Part shown: positions 27,043-38,043 of the stretch, piece by piece
Numbering within the stretch: position 1 is the stretch's first letter
Layout: each line of letters opens with the position of its first letter
Assembly (NCBI GenBank): GCA_966095605.1
Contig: CBHTTJ010000003.1
Location: 1 to 57,433 of the forward strand
Length of the DNA: 57,433 nt
Origin: an uncultured bacterium
GTDB taxonomy: Bacteria; Verrucomicrobiota; Verrucomicrobiia; Limisphaerales; JACDHS01
Direction: 5' to 3'
The notes under the pieces: model-generated
Databases searched by the model: none
What the model was told of the DNA's origin: nothing
Seen by the model: the letters and a program-made list of their open reading frames with translations, nothing else
Program-made: the position numbers and the translations under genes

Positions 27043-29534
27043 TCTGTCTTTTTAGTCTTTTGAGCCGTTATATACGCGACTTTGCGGGATTTTGGATCTT
27101 TTGGGTTTACCGAATAAGTTTTGTTCTTGATGACGTTGAATCCCGCTGACTCAAACATCGTTGCGATGGAACGTTCGTCGTATTTGCGGACGAGATATAC
27201 GCACACCTTTTTCTTACCGAGGTACCAAGGTTCTTTGAAGGCCCCGTGTGTGATTAATCTTCGCTCCTTCAGATTGCACCAGAATTCAAAAGTGATTGGA
27301 TCGGAAGAGCCAGGACTTCCGGTCTGTTGTTGGACCGTTAATTCGATTTTATCCTCTGGATATCCCAGTGCGGTGAATGGTCCCGCGTAGAAGTACTTCA
27401 GGTTCTGAACACCTTCTGTAATTTCTTTCTCCGTCTTTGGTTTGTCCTCAATTAGCTGAAGCTCTGTGACCAGGAGATCGTTTGGTCCCATAGCTTTGCC
27501 GATATCTTCCAAAGTTTGCATCTCGTCGAGCTGGTTTCCAAGAGTGTTGCCGAATAATAAAAGAACGTTCTGATGATTTTTTGGGAATAGATGGGTGTAC
27601 CTGTGGAGTTGGTCGATAGAGGCGTTGATTGCGACAATATTGCCCTTTTTCAGAACTCTTCGAAGTATCTGTGCCGCGTCGGTTTCATCATTGGTATTAA
27701 GCGCAAGGTCCAACATCGAATAACTGATATCCAAAGGGAAATAGTTAATTGATTGAGCGCCTCCCTTGAGATAGTGCTCTAAAACGATTTGTCCCTTATC
27801 AAAGTCGCCAATACCTAAATCAATGACGTTGACAGCGTCGCTCTTCAGATTGGCTAACAACTCCTCATTAATTTTTTCGAAGGCATTTTGTAGTTCGCTT
27901 TGAGCTTTATGTTCCTGGCAAAGTCGAGTCCAAAACCATGCCAGACCAGGCCCATAATAAACCATGCTTGAATCCAGGTAGGCAACCGGCTGCTCGCAAA
28001 CGGAACGCATGGTGGAAAACCAGTCGCGATAGCTGCGAGGGTCCCTGTAAATCGGAAGGGGTGTGTAATTAATGTTGACCGTGTACACATCCGAGTCGTT
28101 CGCTGAGTCTCCTTTTTTGTTATAAAAATCTTTTAGCTCTTGAAGCAAAGTGGAGGCTTGTTTTGTAGCCGGAAACGTAATGGTTGAGATGCCGTTTGAA
28201 GCGAGTGTAGCCGAAATTTCTCCGGAGGCTAAAGCGACTATATTGCTTGTGCCAAATTTGCCGATGCAAAGGCCCAGCGCCAAAAGCATTTGTTTGTCAA
28301 TATCGAACTGCGCCTTGCTCGCTGCTGAAATGTCATCAAAGACGAATAAGATCAGGTGTGGCTTAACTGATGCATCGACCAACCCTTTACCCACCTCCTC
28401 CGGCTTAAAGTGGAAGAAAATTGTCTTCGGTTCGTCCTCAGCTAAAGGAACGCTATTGAGAGCCTTTACCACCTTGCTTTCGGTGGAAACTACTTTTATG
28501 TGAATTTCTTTAGGGGCTGTTTTAATTGGCTCGGGTTTGCTTTTTTCCAGCCAAGGTAATGGTCCGAAGTTTCGAAAGCCGTTATTATCCGTCTTTTTTG
28601 CAATTACCTTTGGAACCCAGCCGCCTCCGTTGCTTTCATACCGTCGCAACCACATTTCGATTTTTCCCGTTTGAAGGTTCAAACGAGTAAAATTATATCC
28701 GTTCTCCATGGAGGAACTTTCATAGCATGCCGCTGCAGCTATTCGGACGTGTCCATCTGTGCTCACATCGACCCACCCCTGATGTTCATGTCCGTGAAGA
28801 TGAAAGTTAAATTCGCGTTCCATTAACTGTCGCAAGCGAGGATCTTCAAATTCCGTCAGCCAACCGAAAGGATGATGTGTGAGCGCGATATTTATGTCTG
28901 TTTGGCCGAGTTGTTTTTTGATTTCCCCAATTTGCCAATTGCCTCCCATCCACAAAGCTCCACGTTCTAAATCTCGACTGCAGCTCCATGCAGTATTTAA
29001 GCTTGCGACGCCAATCGTTTTGCCGGCAATTTTTCTTGTGGCGGCGGAGATAAGTCGTTTCGGGTCAGAGAACTGAGCATAGCCAGCTTCGCGCACGAAC
29101 GAAGCGAACGCAGCGAGCCTATCCATATAGTTCTCAAATTGTTTTCCGCCTTTTTGGATCAGGCGATCAATTACCGAGGCATCCTTCTGCTGAGAAAGCC
29201 AACTGTTTTGATCTTCGGTCACTTCGTTACGATCGACATCGTGATTTCCGGGGATAACAAATACATTTTCCTTGGCCGGTGGGTTCTTGAAGGATAAACG
29301 AACTTTTTCAAGAAAATTGGTCGCAGTAGCGAACTGCTGCTTGATATCCGAATCGGGTATACTCCCAAATGCCGCATCTCCGGTGAAAAAGATAAGGTCC
29401 GGTTGGAGTTGGTATTCCTTCTCCATTTGTTCCAGGTCTTGAATGAGGGGAGGAATCACTCTTTCTGAATCCCAACCTGTTTTTTGGTCGCAAGCGTGTA
29501 AATCCGACAAGTGTAGCCACGTAGTATATTTCAT
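27039..29534 (-). CDS. Fusion: calcineurin-like metallophosphoesterase, degenerate TIR-like domain, EgtD-like SAM methyltransferase
   Basis: HLSDLH, FTGD, PGNHD, THHP, HGHEH (complete MPE motifs); middle MLLALGLCIGKFG; C-terminal VIDLGIG, YFPLDIS, LFGNTLGN. Confidence 0.8.
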   Translation of the reverse strand: MKYTTWLHLSDLHACDQKTGWDSERVIPPLIQDLEQMEKEYQLQPDLIFFTGDAAFGSIPDSDIKQQFATATNFLEKVRLSFKNPPAKENVFVIPGNHDVDRNEVTEDQNSWLSQQKDASVIDRLIQKGGKQFENYMDRLAAFASFVREAGYAQFSDPKRLISAATRKIAGKTIGVASLNTAWSCSRDLERGALWMGGNWQIGEIKKQLGQTDINIALTHHPFGWLTEFEDPRLRQLMEREFNFHLHGHEHQGWVDVSTDGHVRIAAAACYESSSMENGYNFTRLNLQTGKIEMWLRRYESNGGGWVPKVIAKKTDNNGFRNFGPLPWLEKSKPEPIKTAPKEIHIKVVSTESKVVKALNSVPLAEDEPKTIFFHFKPEEVGKGLVDASVKPHLILFVFDDISAASKAQFDIDKQMLLALGLCIGKFGTSNIVALASGEISATLASNGISTITFPATKQASTLLQELKDFYNKKGDSANDSDVYTVNINYTPLPIYRDPRSYRDWFSTMRSVCEQPVAYLDSSMVYYGPGLAWFWTRLCQEHKAQSELQNAFEKINEELLANLKSDAVNVIDLGIGDFDKGQIVLEHYLKGGAQSINYFPLDISYSMLDLALNTNDETDAAQILRRVLKKGNIVAINASIDQLHRYTHLFPKNHQNVLLLFGNTLGNQLDEMQTLEDIGKAMGPNDLLVTELQLIEDKPKTEKEITEGVQNLKYFYAGPFTALGYPEDKIELTVQQQTGSPGSSDPITFEFWCNLKERRLITHGAFKEPWYLGKKKVCVYLVRKYDERSIATMFESAGFNVIKNKTYSVNPKDPKSRKVAYITAQKTKKTE

Positions 29535-29600
29535 ATAAGCCGCCCGTCTCTAAGTTGAAAACCTGTAGCGCCCTTGCGCCGTTAATTTGGGAACGGCAGG

Positions 29601-29629
29601 CTTATAAGAAGAACGGGAATAGACGTCAA
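29601..29629 (-). promoter_or_regulatory. Sigma70-type promoter of the MPE-fusion operon
   Basis: Minus strand TTGACG, 17 bp, TATAAG; adjacent inverted repeat GGATTTA-ATGG-TAAATCC at 29631-29648. Confidence 0.55.
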
Positions 29630-29680
29630 GGGATTTAATGGTAAATCCTATAACGCTCTAAGGTGATTCAGCGGTGACTT

Positions 29681-30709
29681 TTAGTTATCACGCCAAATCC
29701 AGACCAACGTATCCGCCAAGGTTTGTTCAAAGACTCGTTTGTCGCAGTGGGCGGTGTTGCGGGTAAAAACGAAACGATGGTGATAACCTTTTGCTTCCAG
29801 GGCAGCCGCGGTGCGTTGGCCGGCCATGACCCAGTTATGATGCGTTTCTTCGGGGTCGTTGGCCCGTAGATCGTTTTCGGAAACGTGAGTGAAAATGCGC
29901 AGGGGCTTCTTCGCGCTTTTCTCAATTAATTTCATGCTGGAATGATATTCCCAGGCGCCGAGCGGATACTTTGCTTCTTCTGGAGCATCGTCGTCCTGTT
30001 GGTCTACGAAGGTTCCCGAGTAAGCAATGATGCGTCGGAACAAATCAGGACGAAACCATCCCATGCTCAACGCCGCTGCACCGCCAGAACTGCAACCAAT
30101 CACGGCTCGTTCCCACGGATTTTTTCCAATGCGGAGATGAGGATAGGCGGCTTTGATTTGCGCGTTGGACAAAACGGCAGGGAAAACTTCGTCGTTAATG
30201 AAACGGGCGAGTCGATCGGACATGGTGTCGTATTCCAAGCCGCGTTCGCTGTTTTTGCCGTCGTTACCGCCATTTTCAACGGCGATGGCGATGAAGGGCG
30301 GCAGTTTACGACGGGGATCTTTGGAAATGGTCAAATTATCGAGGGCATTTCGGATCAGTTTCATTTGCCCAGGACCGTCGTGAATGACCAGAACGGGGGC
30401 AGGTGTTCCATCCTTATAGGCGGCGGGAATGTAAACAAAGATTCGGCGAAGATCCCGGACCGGCTTGTTTTGCGGCTCCAGGGTTTTGTCGGTGCCTGGA
30501 AAAATTTTACTGTCGGCAAGACGCAGGGTGAATTCGAAGTATTGACCTTTCGGATTACCAAGATCGGTCAGGTCGCGATCAATGGTATAGTCGGGGCCGA
30601 TCGTGAAGGCGCCATCGCCGTCGTGATCGGCGGCTGAAGTATGCGCGTGTTGGGTGGCGCAACCGAGACCAGTGAACAGGCAAAGTGACAATGATAAGAG
30701 TAGGCGCAT
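29681..30709 (-). CDS. Esterase (enterochelin esterase-like alpha/beta hydrolase), exported or lipoprotein
   Basis: Signal MRLLLSLSLCLFTGLGC; VYIPAAY; nucleophile motif GCSSGG. The track ORF extension to 31405 is judged spurious. Confidence 0.85.
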   Translation of the reverse strand: MRLLLSLSLCLFTGLGCATQHAHTSAADHDGDGAFTIGPDYTIDRDLTDLGNPKGQYFEFTLRLADSKIFPGTDKTLEPQNKPVRDLRRIFVYIPAAYKDGTPAPVLVIHDGPGQMKLIRNALDNLTISKDPRRKLPPFIAIAVENGGNDGKNSERGLEYDTMSDRLARFINDEVFPAVLSNAQIKAAYPHLRIGKNPWERAVIGCSSGGAAALSMGWFRPDLFRRIIAYSGTFVDQQDDDAPEEAKYPLGAWEYHSSMKLIEKSAKKPLRIFTHVSENDLRANDPEETHHNWVMAGQRTAAALEAKGYHHRFVFTRNTAHCDKRVFEQTLADTLVWIWRDN

Positions 30710-30962
30710 CGGGAGGACTTTGAGCAGTTTGGGGTGAAGTTTGAAGCCAGAAGTCTGGTTTGGTGATAGAGATCGCCAGCAGTGGAATGCTCTGCAGATT
30801 TCAGTTGCGGGAAGATTCTGAGAGTACTTTTGGAGGCGTAATTCCGGTCGCCGTTGATTTGAAGGGGAAGCTATGGCTGGATGGAGAATCTGGAACAAAA
30901 TGAAGATCCGAAAAGGGGAGGGCCCGAATGGCGCTTCGTTCAACATGTGAAGATGAAAATTC

Positions 30963-32120
30963 ATGGCGTTTTTTCGTAAAGTTTGCCATGGTTTTGACTC
31001 CCCTATGACAGCGAAGTCCTTTCCAACCAAAAGGCTGAGCGACGGAAATGTCCGAGCGCCAGTGAATTCTATTTTTGGGTTCTGCCTTGGTGTCGCTATT
31101 TTTCTCACAACGGGCTTTTTGCCTGTGAAAGGTGACTCCGTGACGGCCCTTGAGTTTGATGGGATGGATGACCTGGTAGAAATCCCTTCCAAGCCGATCC
31201 TTGGGAATACCTTCACCGAAGAAGCGTGGATTTTGCCATCGCCGAAAGACGATCGGTACCACGGGATTGTTGGATATCCATCCACCAATGTGAATTTTCG
31301 GGCGCCGGGCATTTGGATTGTTCGACAAACCTGTTTGCACGCGGGATTTGGTGATGGAAAAAACTGGATGGCGTTCAGTTCCGAGCCAAACGCCATCGAA
31401 CTCAACGTCTGGAATCATGTTGCGGCTACCTACGACGGAAATGTTTATCGGCTCTATGCGAACGGAACCGAAGTGGGGTCATTAACGGTGAGGAAAACGC
31501 CGTTGCGGCAACACGTGTCCAGGATTGGACGTGTCGATTATTGGTTCCCGGGTGCGATTCGAGAAGTGCGGCTATGGAATCGGGCGCTGACCTCCGAAGA
31601 AATCCGCGCGCAGATGATGAAAAAGATGACCGGCGCAGAGAGGGGATTAGTGGCCTATTTTCCGCTTGACGATGGCGACGGGCTTGAGGCGAAGAATGCG
31701 GTTCCCGACGGGAAAAACGGCAAACTGATGTACGGCCCGCGATGGATTACGTCCACCGCCCCTGTGGCGGCCAAAGCGTTGAAAAACCAGGCGATGGCAA
31801 GCGGGCCGGGTTCTGTGGAACACTTTTTACCCAATGGCGACAATGTCGCGCCCGATGCACCAGTCGAAATCGTTCTGCACAAAGCTGCGGAGAAGGTCGA
31901 GCTTTCCGGCATTCGATTGAGCTTCGACAAAGCGCTGGTGGAACCGACCATTACGACCAATGAAATGGGTTCATTGCTCCTGCATTACGAAACAGGAAAG
32001 TTGCTCGAAGCGGGATCACCACACACGGTGGATCTTTCGTATGTGGTGACCGGGAAACCGGAGACAAACGAATTTTCTTACAACTTTTCGATCAGCACGA
32101 GTGTGATCCTGAGCCGGTGA
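30963..32120 (+). CDS. LamG/concanavalin-A-like domain protein with C-terminal Ig-like region
   Basis: ALEFDG, FTEEAWI, WNHVAATYDG, LYANG, IREVRLWNRALT, GLVAYFPLD; start uncertain. Confidence 0.82.
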   Translation: MAFFRKVCHGFDSPMTAKSFPTKRLSDGNVRAPVNSIFGFCLGVAIFLTTGFLPVKGDSVTALEFDGMDDLVEIPSKPILGNTFTEEAWILPSPKDDRYHGIVGYPSTNVNFRAPGIWIVRQTCLHAGFGDGKNWMAFSSEPNAIELNVWNHVAATYDGNVYRLYANGTEVGSLTVRKTPLRQHVSRIGRVDYWFPGAIREVRLWNRALTSEEIRAQMMKKMTGAERGLVAYFPLDDGDGLEAKNAVPDGKNGKLMYGPRWITSTAPVAAKALKNQAMASGPGSVEHFLPNGDNVAPDAPVEIVLHKAAEKVELSGIRLSFDKALVEPTITTNEMGSLLLHYETGKLLEAGSPHTVDLSYVVTGKPETNEFSYNFSISTSVILSR

Positions 32121-32125
32121 TCGAA

Positions 32126-32425
32126 TTATTCGAAGTCGTAAACGACGACTTTTTTGCAGGTCTTTTTAAAGACGCCGTTCACAAATTCCACGTGCATGGG
32201 ATGCACTTGATAATCGTCCTGCGCTTTCTTGCTGGGAAACACCAGGTTCAATGCGACCTGGTAAGATTGGTCTACGACGGGACGATGGCTGCCAACCATT
32301 TTACCTGCATGAAAGCTGAGCACGCCGGGAATGGGTTTGAGATATTTCTCCATGCCGGCGAGCAATTCGTCTGCGGCATTGGGATTGGCCGGATCGGTCC
32401 AGAAAATGACAACGTGTGAAAACAT
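32126..32425 (-). CDS. Dabb (stress-responsive A/B barrel) family protein
   Basis: HVVIFW, IPGV, YQVHPMH, VVYDF. Confidence 0.88.
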   Translation of the reverse strand: MFSHVVIFWTDPANPNAADELLAGMEKYLKPIPGVLSFHAGKMVGSHRPVVDQSYQVALNLVFPSKKAQDDYQVHPMHVEFVNGVFKKTCKKVVVYDFE

Positions 32426-32531
32426 GGGCGGGAGTTAAGCAAGTTCTCGCGACGATGTCATCAAGGGAGTGCGCCGGGAAACGCAATGAACGAATGCGAA
32501 CCAGATGGGAATTGAGATGCCCCTTCGCAAC

Positions 32532-33635
32532 TCATTTCTTCTCCCAATGACCGAAGCGATCTTTGGGGATCTTGGCGTTTTCCGGATAAACCAGATAGAC
32601 CGTATGATGCGATTTGGCCCAGGATTTCAAAACATTTTCGCGCTTATATAAATGACGCACACTCGCACCGACCCTCGTGCCGGGATCGTTAATGTAAACA
32701 TCGCCTTTTTCATCGAAGCCGACGCAAACCGTCAAATGGCCGGAACCGGTGCTTTTACGGCCGTCCTCCAATAAATTCCATGGGCCGGAAATGACCACTG
32801 GGATCCCGGCGGCGATCCAGTCTTCCAGTTCCGAGATATCGTCAAATCGCGTCACATACGAGCGCATTTTGTTGAAACTACCCGCGAACGCCGTGTTAAA
32901 AGGCCAGTTACCACTGGCATGCCAGCCGGCATCGTAGACTGCTGTGGCGATTTCGGGCACATCTAGCTTCATCTCGGGACGGTGCAGGACATCCGACCAT
33001 CGACACAACACCATCGAGAGCGACGTCGGACTGCACCACCCCTGTTCGTCGGGATAGGCGTTCTGCGACTTTTCCGGTGTGGTTACGATTTTGCCCCAGG
33101 CGGAGCGATTCGCTGGTAAAGAAGGCATCGGAACCGTGGTATTCGCGAACGAAAGACCGAGAAACTTCAATTGCGGTTTTATTTTTCCTTCACCGCCGAG
33201 CGTGATGCGTAATTGAGTGCCGATTGCCGGTTGGTTAACTACGAGCGTGTCGGTTTCAACATTTCCATCCGCATCTTTTTGTCCGCGAACGCTGGTGCGA
33301 GGAAATTTTTCATTGTCAGGCGACCAGTTCGCCACCGTGTAAAACTTGGTTTTTTCTTCGCGATTCTTGAAAATTGCCGAAGCTTCGATTTTAACGAACG
33401 TGCCGGTTGGTGCATTGACATTCCACGACACGATCAACTCGTTCCAGGGAATTCTGGCATCCATGTTTTCGGAGAGCAGCATGATGTCGCCGTTTTCGGC
33501 TGTGCTTTTGCTGAATGACGAAAAATTCTTAATACCAACGAAGCGGCTGAAAGTTTCGTCAGCGAAAACAGCGGTTTGAATGAACAGAATTGAAGCGAAA
33601 ACAGGAAAAGCCTTTAGGAATCTCAAGGACGACAT
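32532..33635 (-). CDS. Exported peptidase C39-like family protein
   Basis: Signal peptide; catalytic WCSPTS, GNWPFN, GHLTVCVGF, INDP. Confidence 0.85.
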   Translation of the reverse strand: MSSLRFLKAFPVFASILFIQTAVFADETFSRFVGIKNFSSFSKSTAENGDIMLLSENMDARIPWNELIVSWNVNAPTGTFVKIEASAIFKNREEKTKFYTVANWSPDNEKFPRTSVRGQKDADGNVETDTLVVNQPAIGTQLRITLGGEGKIKPQLKFLGLSFANTTVPMPSLPANRSAWGKIVTTPEKSQNAYPDEQGWCSPTSLSMVLCRWSDVLHRPEMKLDVPEIATAVYDAGWHASGNWPFNTAFAGSFNKMRSYVTRFDDISELEDWIAAGIPVVISGPWNLLEDGRKSTGSGHLTVCVGFDEKGDVYINDPGTRVGASVRHLYKRENVLKSWAKSHHTVYLVYPENAKIPKDRFGHWEKK

Positions 33636-33775
33636 GGTCGGGACTTTTGCAGGTTGGCGGAGTCAAGTCGAGTGTGTTTGAATCGGCTGGGCTGATGATT
33701 AGGAAGGATTATAAAACGCAATTTTAGGGGAAAATTGAGCAATAAATCTAATGCGTTTTATTAACCGCTCCTAAT

Positions 33776-33793
33776 TCGTGAAAAATTTCACAA
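33776..33793. promoter_or_regulatory. Rex-like operator upstream of the act operon
   Basis: TCGTGAA-AAAT-TTCACAA, one mismatch from TTGTGAA-N4-TTCACAA; just upstream of TTGCTG-17bp-TAAACA (33801-33829). Confidence 0.65.
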
Positions 33794-33934
33794 ACTTTTC
33801 TTGCTGATTTTGGGCTATTTGCCTAAACATCGTCCCGTTCGCGGTAAAACAGGCTTTCTAATGACGAGGTCTGTTATCTGAAAATCCAAGATAGGCGGCG
33901 TTTTTACACGCGCTGGCCTGTCGCTGAATACCAA

Positions 33935-34603
33935 ATGTCAGACATTTTTCCAAAGTGGACCAACCATCTGCCGTTGCAGGTGGCGATGGGCGCGTTGATC
34001 GCTGGCAGCGCGATTGTTGCTGGTTGCTGGTATTACATGACGCCGGCTTACGCGAACGTTGGTTACCAACCCGTCCAGCCCGTTGCATTTTCCCACGAAA
34101 TTCACGCCGGTCAGCTCGGAGTTGACTGCCGTTATTGCCACAGCGCAGTCGAAAAATCCTGGTATTCAAATATCCCGTCGGCTTCCACTTGCATGAATTG
34201 CCATTCGCAGGTGTTAAAGGACGATCCAAAATTGGCGCTGGTTCGTGAGAGCGCCCAAACCGGTAAGCCTATTCCGTGGGTTCAAATCCATAAGGTGCCG
34301 GACTACGTTTATTTCAACCACTCCGTGCACGTCAACCGTGGTGTCAGCTGCGTGAAATGTCACGGTCAGATCAATCACCTCGACGAAGTGCGTCAGGAAA
34401 AACCGCTGTCCATGAGCTTCTGCCTGGACTGCCATCGTGATCCTGCGGCGAACATCCGTCCGACCGACAAGGTTACGGATTTGGATTGGAAGTGGAGCAG
34501 CGATTCCAAAGAAAACGACAAATTGCAGAAGCTTCACGGCAAGGAACTTGTCGAGAAAATGCACGTTGAATCGTTGCAAAATTGCTCAGCCTGTCATCGA
34601 TGA
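33935..34603 (+). CDS. actA: Alternative complex III pentaheme cytochrome c subunit
   Basis: TM anchor; five heme motifs CRYCH, CMNCH, CVKCH, CLDCH, CSACH; QPVAFSH. Confidence 0.93.
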   Translation: MSDIFPKWTNHLPLQVAMGALIAGSAIVAGCWYYMTPAYANVGYQPVQPVAFSHEIHAGQLGVDCRYCHSAVEKSWYSNIPSASTCMNCHSQVLKDDPKLALVRESAQTGKPIPWVQIHKVPDYVYFNHSVHVNRGVSCVKCHGQINHLDEVRQEKPLSMSFCLDCHRDPAANIRPTDKVTDLDWKWSSDSKENDKLQKLHGKELVEKMHVESLQNCSACHR

Positions 34604-37600
34604 AAACAATTCCACCAGTTTGTCCGGAGCCCGAAGGCCAGAAATATTGGCGTAGCCTCGACGATTTGGCTGCAACGCCGGAATTTCAGCAGATGGTGGA
34701 ACGCGAGTTCCCGCAAGGCGCGAGCGAGCTTAGCGATCCTGTCACCCGCCGTAATTTCATGAAGTTAATGTCGGCTTCCGTCCTTTTGGCGGGGGTTGGC
34801 TTGACTGGTTGCCGTCGTCCGGAAGAGAAGATTCTTCCGTTTTCGAAGCAGCCGCAGGGGTACACTCACGGCGTTCCAGAATATTTTGCTTCAGCTCGAC
34901 CAACTCGCCGTGGTGCGGTGCCGGTGTTGGTTAAGTCCAGCGATGGGCGGCCGACAAAGATTGAAGGTAACGCGGATCATCCTGCTTATCAGGGAGCGGC
35001 GAACCCGGAGGAAGCGTCATCTCAGTTCAAGCATGGTGGCACGGACCTTCTCACGCAGGCCTCGGTCCTGAATCTCTACGATCCGGACCGTGCGATGCGT
35101 ATCGCTAAAGATGGTAAGGAAGTGTCGCAAGCCGCTGCCTTCGATTTCCTTGCCGAAATTTCCAGGAACAGCCTGGAAAATGAAGGTGACGGTATCTGTT
35201 TCCTTTTGGATCACAGCAGTTCTCCTTCCCGCCAGCGGTTGCAACGGCTGATTAGTGAAAAGTACAAGCAGGTTCGTTGGTTCTCATATGAACCAGTGGA
35301 TCTGACGGTTTCTGATCAGGCGGCTTCAGGATTCTTTTACCGTGAAAATCTCAAGGTGGAATATCACCTTGAAAAGGCTGAGCGAATTCTTTCACTCGAT
35401 TGCGATTTCATTGGTGCCGAGCAGGAAAGTTTTCGTCTGATCAAAGGCTTCAGCAAAGGTCGTCGGCTGGAAAAGCCGGAAGACCGCATGAATCGCCTCT
35501 ACGTTGTAGAAGGTCTATTCACGTTGACCGGGGCGAATGCTGATCATCGTCTGCGCGTTGCGACCAGCCAGATTATTGCGATCGCAGCTCGCGTTGCCGC
35601 TGAAGTTCAGAAGGCAGTTGGCGGTAAAACGTTGGTGAATTTTGACGCACTTCAAAACGCCTACAAGTTCTCGGAAGCCGAAACGAATTGGATTACTGAA
35701 TGCGCTAAAGACCTCGTTGAGCACCGCAAGAAGACTGTTGTTTGCGCAGGTTACCGTCAGCCTAAAGCTGTTCACGCTATTGCGCACCTGATCAATCAGA
35801 TGTTGGAGAACCTGGGAAATACAGTGATTTTCTTCCAGGCCCCGAAAGTGGAAGAAGGATCTATCCAAAAACTGACGGACCGTTTGAATCAGGGAAAAGT
35901 CAAAACGCTTGTCATTGTCGGTGGTAATCCCGCTTATAACGCTCCGGCCGAACTCAATTTTGCTGCTGCGTGCAAACAAGCTGGTACGGTGATTCGTCTC
36001 GGGTATTACGAAGATGAAACGGCCGCGGTCAGCAACTGGAATTTTCCTCAGGCGCATTACCTCGAATCCTGGGGCGACGCTCGCACGGGCGATGGCACGT
36101 TGACGCCGGTTCAGCCTTTGATCGAGCCTCTCTTCAATGGCGTTCGTGAATTGGAATTTCTAGCCCGCCTCGCTGGCCTAACGCCAACCAGCGCTTACGA
36201 AATCGTTCGCGAAACGTTTCAGGAAGAGATTTTTCAGGGCAAAGCCAAAGACGCTTACTCGGATGAGATTTGGAAGCGCTTCCTGCATGATGGATTCGTC
36301 GCGGGAACCGCCGGCCGTTCTTATCTCGCTGATTTCGAAAAAGAAAAAGTCGGCGAATTTTTTGAAAAAATCGACATGGACAACCGCCCAAGCGTCAACG
36401 CGCTTGAAGTGGTTTTCCATCGTGACTACAAGGTCGACGACGGTCGTTACAATAATAACGGCTGGTTGCAGGAATTACCTGATCCGATCACCAAGATGAC
36501 GTGGGAAAACGTTATCCTGATGAGTTATAAGACCGCAAAGGAACTCAATCTGATTGTTCAAAACAAAGAGAACAATCGCATTGAAGTTCCGATCATCAAA
36601 GTGCAGGTCGACGGCCGAGAAGTAGAAGGGCCGGTTTGGGTCCAGCCGGGTATGGCTGATTATACCCTTGGAATGGCGCTTGGCTATGGCCGCGTTCGCA
36701 GCGGTCGTGTCGGCAAAGGCGTGGGTTACAACGCTTATACCATCCGCACGACCCATGGTGCTTATGTGACCGCAGGTGCGAAAGTCACAAACACTGGAAA
36801 ACTTTTCCCGTTGGCGACGACGCAGGATCACTGGGCGATGGAAGGTCGTCCGATCATCCGTGAAGCAAATCTGGAAGAATACCGTAAGAAGCCAGACTTC
36901 GCGAAGGCCATGCAGATGGAAGAGCCATCCCGCATGCCCCACGAAAATCCAGATGGCCGCCTTTATCCCAACCCCTTGGACAAAGCGAAAGATTCCGCTG
37001 TCCACTGGTGGGGTATGTCGATTGATTTGAACAACTGCGTTGGCTGTTCTGCCTGTATGGTGGCCTGCCAAAGCGAAAACAATATTCCGATTGTTGGTAA
37101 AGAACAGATTCGCAACAACCGCGAAATGCACTGGATCCGTATTGATCGTTATTACACCAGTGCGCTGCCTTGGAAGAAGGCGGATGCTCCGTGGAAAGAC
37201 GACGCGGAACGCGAAAAGCAGGCTGAAACACACATGGCTGATCCTCAGATGGTCACCCAGCCGATGCTCTGCCAACATTGCGAAAAGGCTCCATGCGAAA
37301 ACGTATGTCCAGTGAATGCGACGGTTCACGACCAGGAAGGTCTGAACGTCATGGTTTACAACCGGTGCGTCGGTACGCGCTATTGTTCCAATAACTGTCC
37401 ATACAAGGTTCGTCGCTTTAATTACTTCGATTACAACAAGCGTCCGCTCGACATGCTCAAAGAGCCGTATGCCGCTCCTCTGGTTCATTCAACCGGTGGC
37501 GAGTGGGATATGTCTCGCTGGGCTAAAGAGCCAGAAAGCAGCTATCGCCCGGATCAGGAGTGGGAACTCTTGAAGCTGGTGAAGAATCCGGATGTCACCG

Positions 37601-38043
37601 TTCGTATGCGCGGTGTCATGGAGAAATGCACCTTCTGTATTCAACGCATCGAACAAGCGAAGATTGCCCAGAAGGTCAAGGCACGTTCGGACGGCGATAT
37701 CGAAGTGAAGGATGGAGCTGTGACAACAGCATGCGCGCAGGCTTGCCCGGCGGAAGCAATTGTTTTCGGTAATATCAAAGATCCGAACAGCCGTGTGTCG
37801 AAGTTGAAGGCCCAGGAACGCGATTACGCCGTTCTGGAATTCCTCGCGACCAAGCCGCGTTTGACTTACATGGCGAAAATTCGCAACCCGAATCCTGCAA
37901 TTAAGGATTCATTCAGCGAAGCGCCTGGAAGTCTCAAAGAATATCTCGGTCAGCACAATGAGAACCCATTTGAGAGTCACGAATCTGGCTCAGGGCACGG
38001 AGCCCATTCAGCTCCTGAACACGCTGAGAAAGGAGCGCACTAA
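34600..38043 (+). CDS. actB: Alternative complex III molybdopterin-oxidoreductase-like / Fe-S subunit
   Basis: YWRSL; Tat signal TRRNFMKL; LTGC; GRPTKIEGN; Fe-S motifs CVGCSAC, CQHC, CVGTRYC, CTFC. ATG 34600 overlaps the actA stop. Confidence 0.94.
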   Translation: MKTIPPVCPEPEGQKYWRSLDDLAATPEFQQMVEREFPQGASELSDPVTRRNFMKLMSASVLLAGVGLTGCRRPEEKILPFSKQPQGYTHGVPEYFASARPTRRGAVPVLVKSSDGRPTKIEGNADHPAYQGAANPEEASSQFKHGGTDLLTQASVLNLYDPDRAMRIAKDGKEVSQAAAFDFLAEISRNSLENEGDGICFLLDHSSSPSRQRLQRLISEKYKQVRWFSYEPVDLTVSDQAASGFFYRENLKVEYHLEKAERILSLDCDFIGAEQESFRLIKGFSKGRRLEKPEDRMNRLYVVEGLFTLTGANADHRLRVATSQIIAIAARVAAEVQKAVGGKTLVNFDALQNAYKFSEAETNWITECAKDLVEHRKKTVVCAGYRQPKAVHAIAHLINQMLENLGNTVIFFQAPKVEEGSIQKLTDRLNQGKVKTLVIVGGNPAYNAPAELNFAAACKQAGTVIRLGYYEDETAAVSNWNFPQAHYLESWGDARTGDGTLTPVQPLIEPLFNGVRELEFLARLAGLTPTSAYEIVRETFQEEIFQGKAKDAYSDEIWKRFLHDGFVAGTAGRSYLADFEKEKVGEFFEKIDMDNRPSVNALEVVFHRDYKVDDGRYNNNGWLQELPDPITKMTWENVILMSYKTAKELNLIVQNKENNRIEVPIIKVQVDGREVEGPVWVQPGMADYTLGMALGYGRVRSGRVGKGVGYNAYTIRTTHGAYVTAGAKVTNTGKLFPLATTQDHWAMEGRPIIREANLEEYRKKPDFAKAMQMEEPSRMPHENPDGRLYPNPLDKAKDSAVHWWGMSIDLNNCVGCSACMVACQSENNIPIVGKEQIRNNREMHWIRIDRYYTSALPWKKADAPWKDDAEREKQAETHMADPQMVTQPMLCQHCEKAPCENVCPVNATVHDQEGLNVMVYNRCVGTRYCSNNCPYKVRRFNYFDYNKRPLDMLKEPYAAPLVHSTGGEWDMSRWAKEPESSYRPDQEWELLKLVKNPDVTVRMRGVMEKCTFCIQRIEQAKIAQKVKARSDGDIEVKDGAVTTACAQACPAEAIVFGNIKDPNSRVSKLKAQERDYAVLEFLATKPRLTYMAKIRNPNPAIKDSFSEAPGSLKEYLGQHNENPFESHESGSGHGAHSAPEHAEKGAH

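Noticed and set aside
30710-31405. N-terminal 232 aa of the 574-aa track ORF
   Set aside because: It overlaps the LamG gene antisense; a clear signal peptide begins at ATG 30709.
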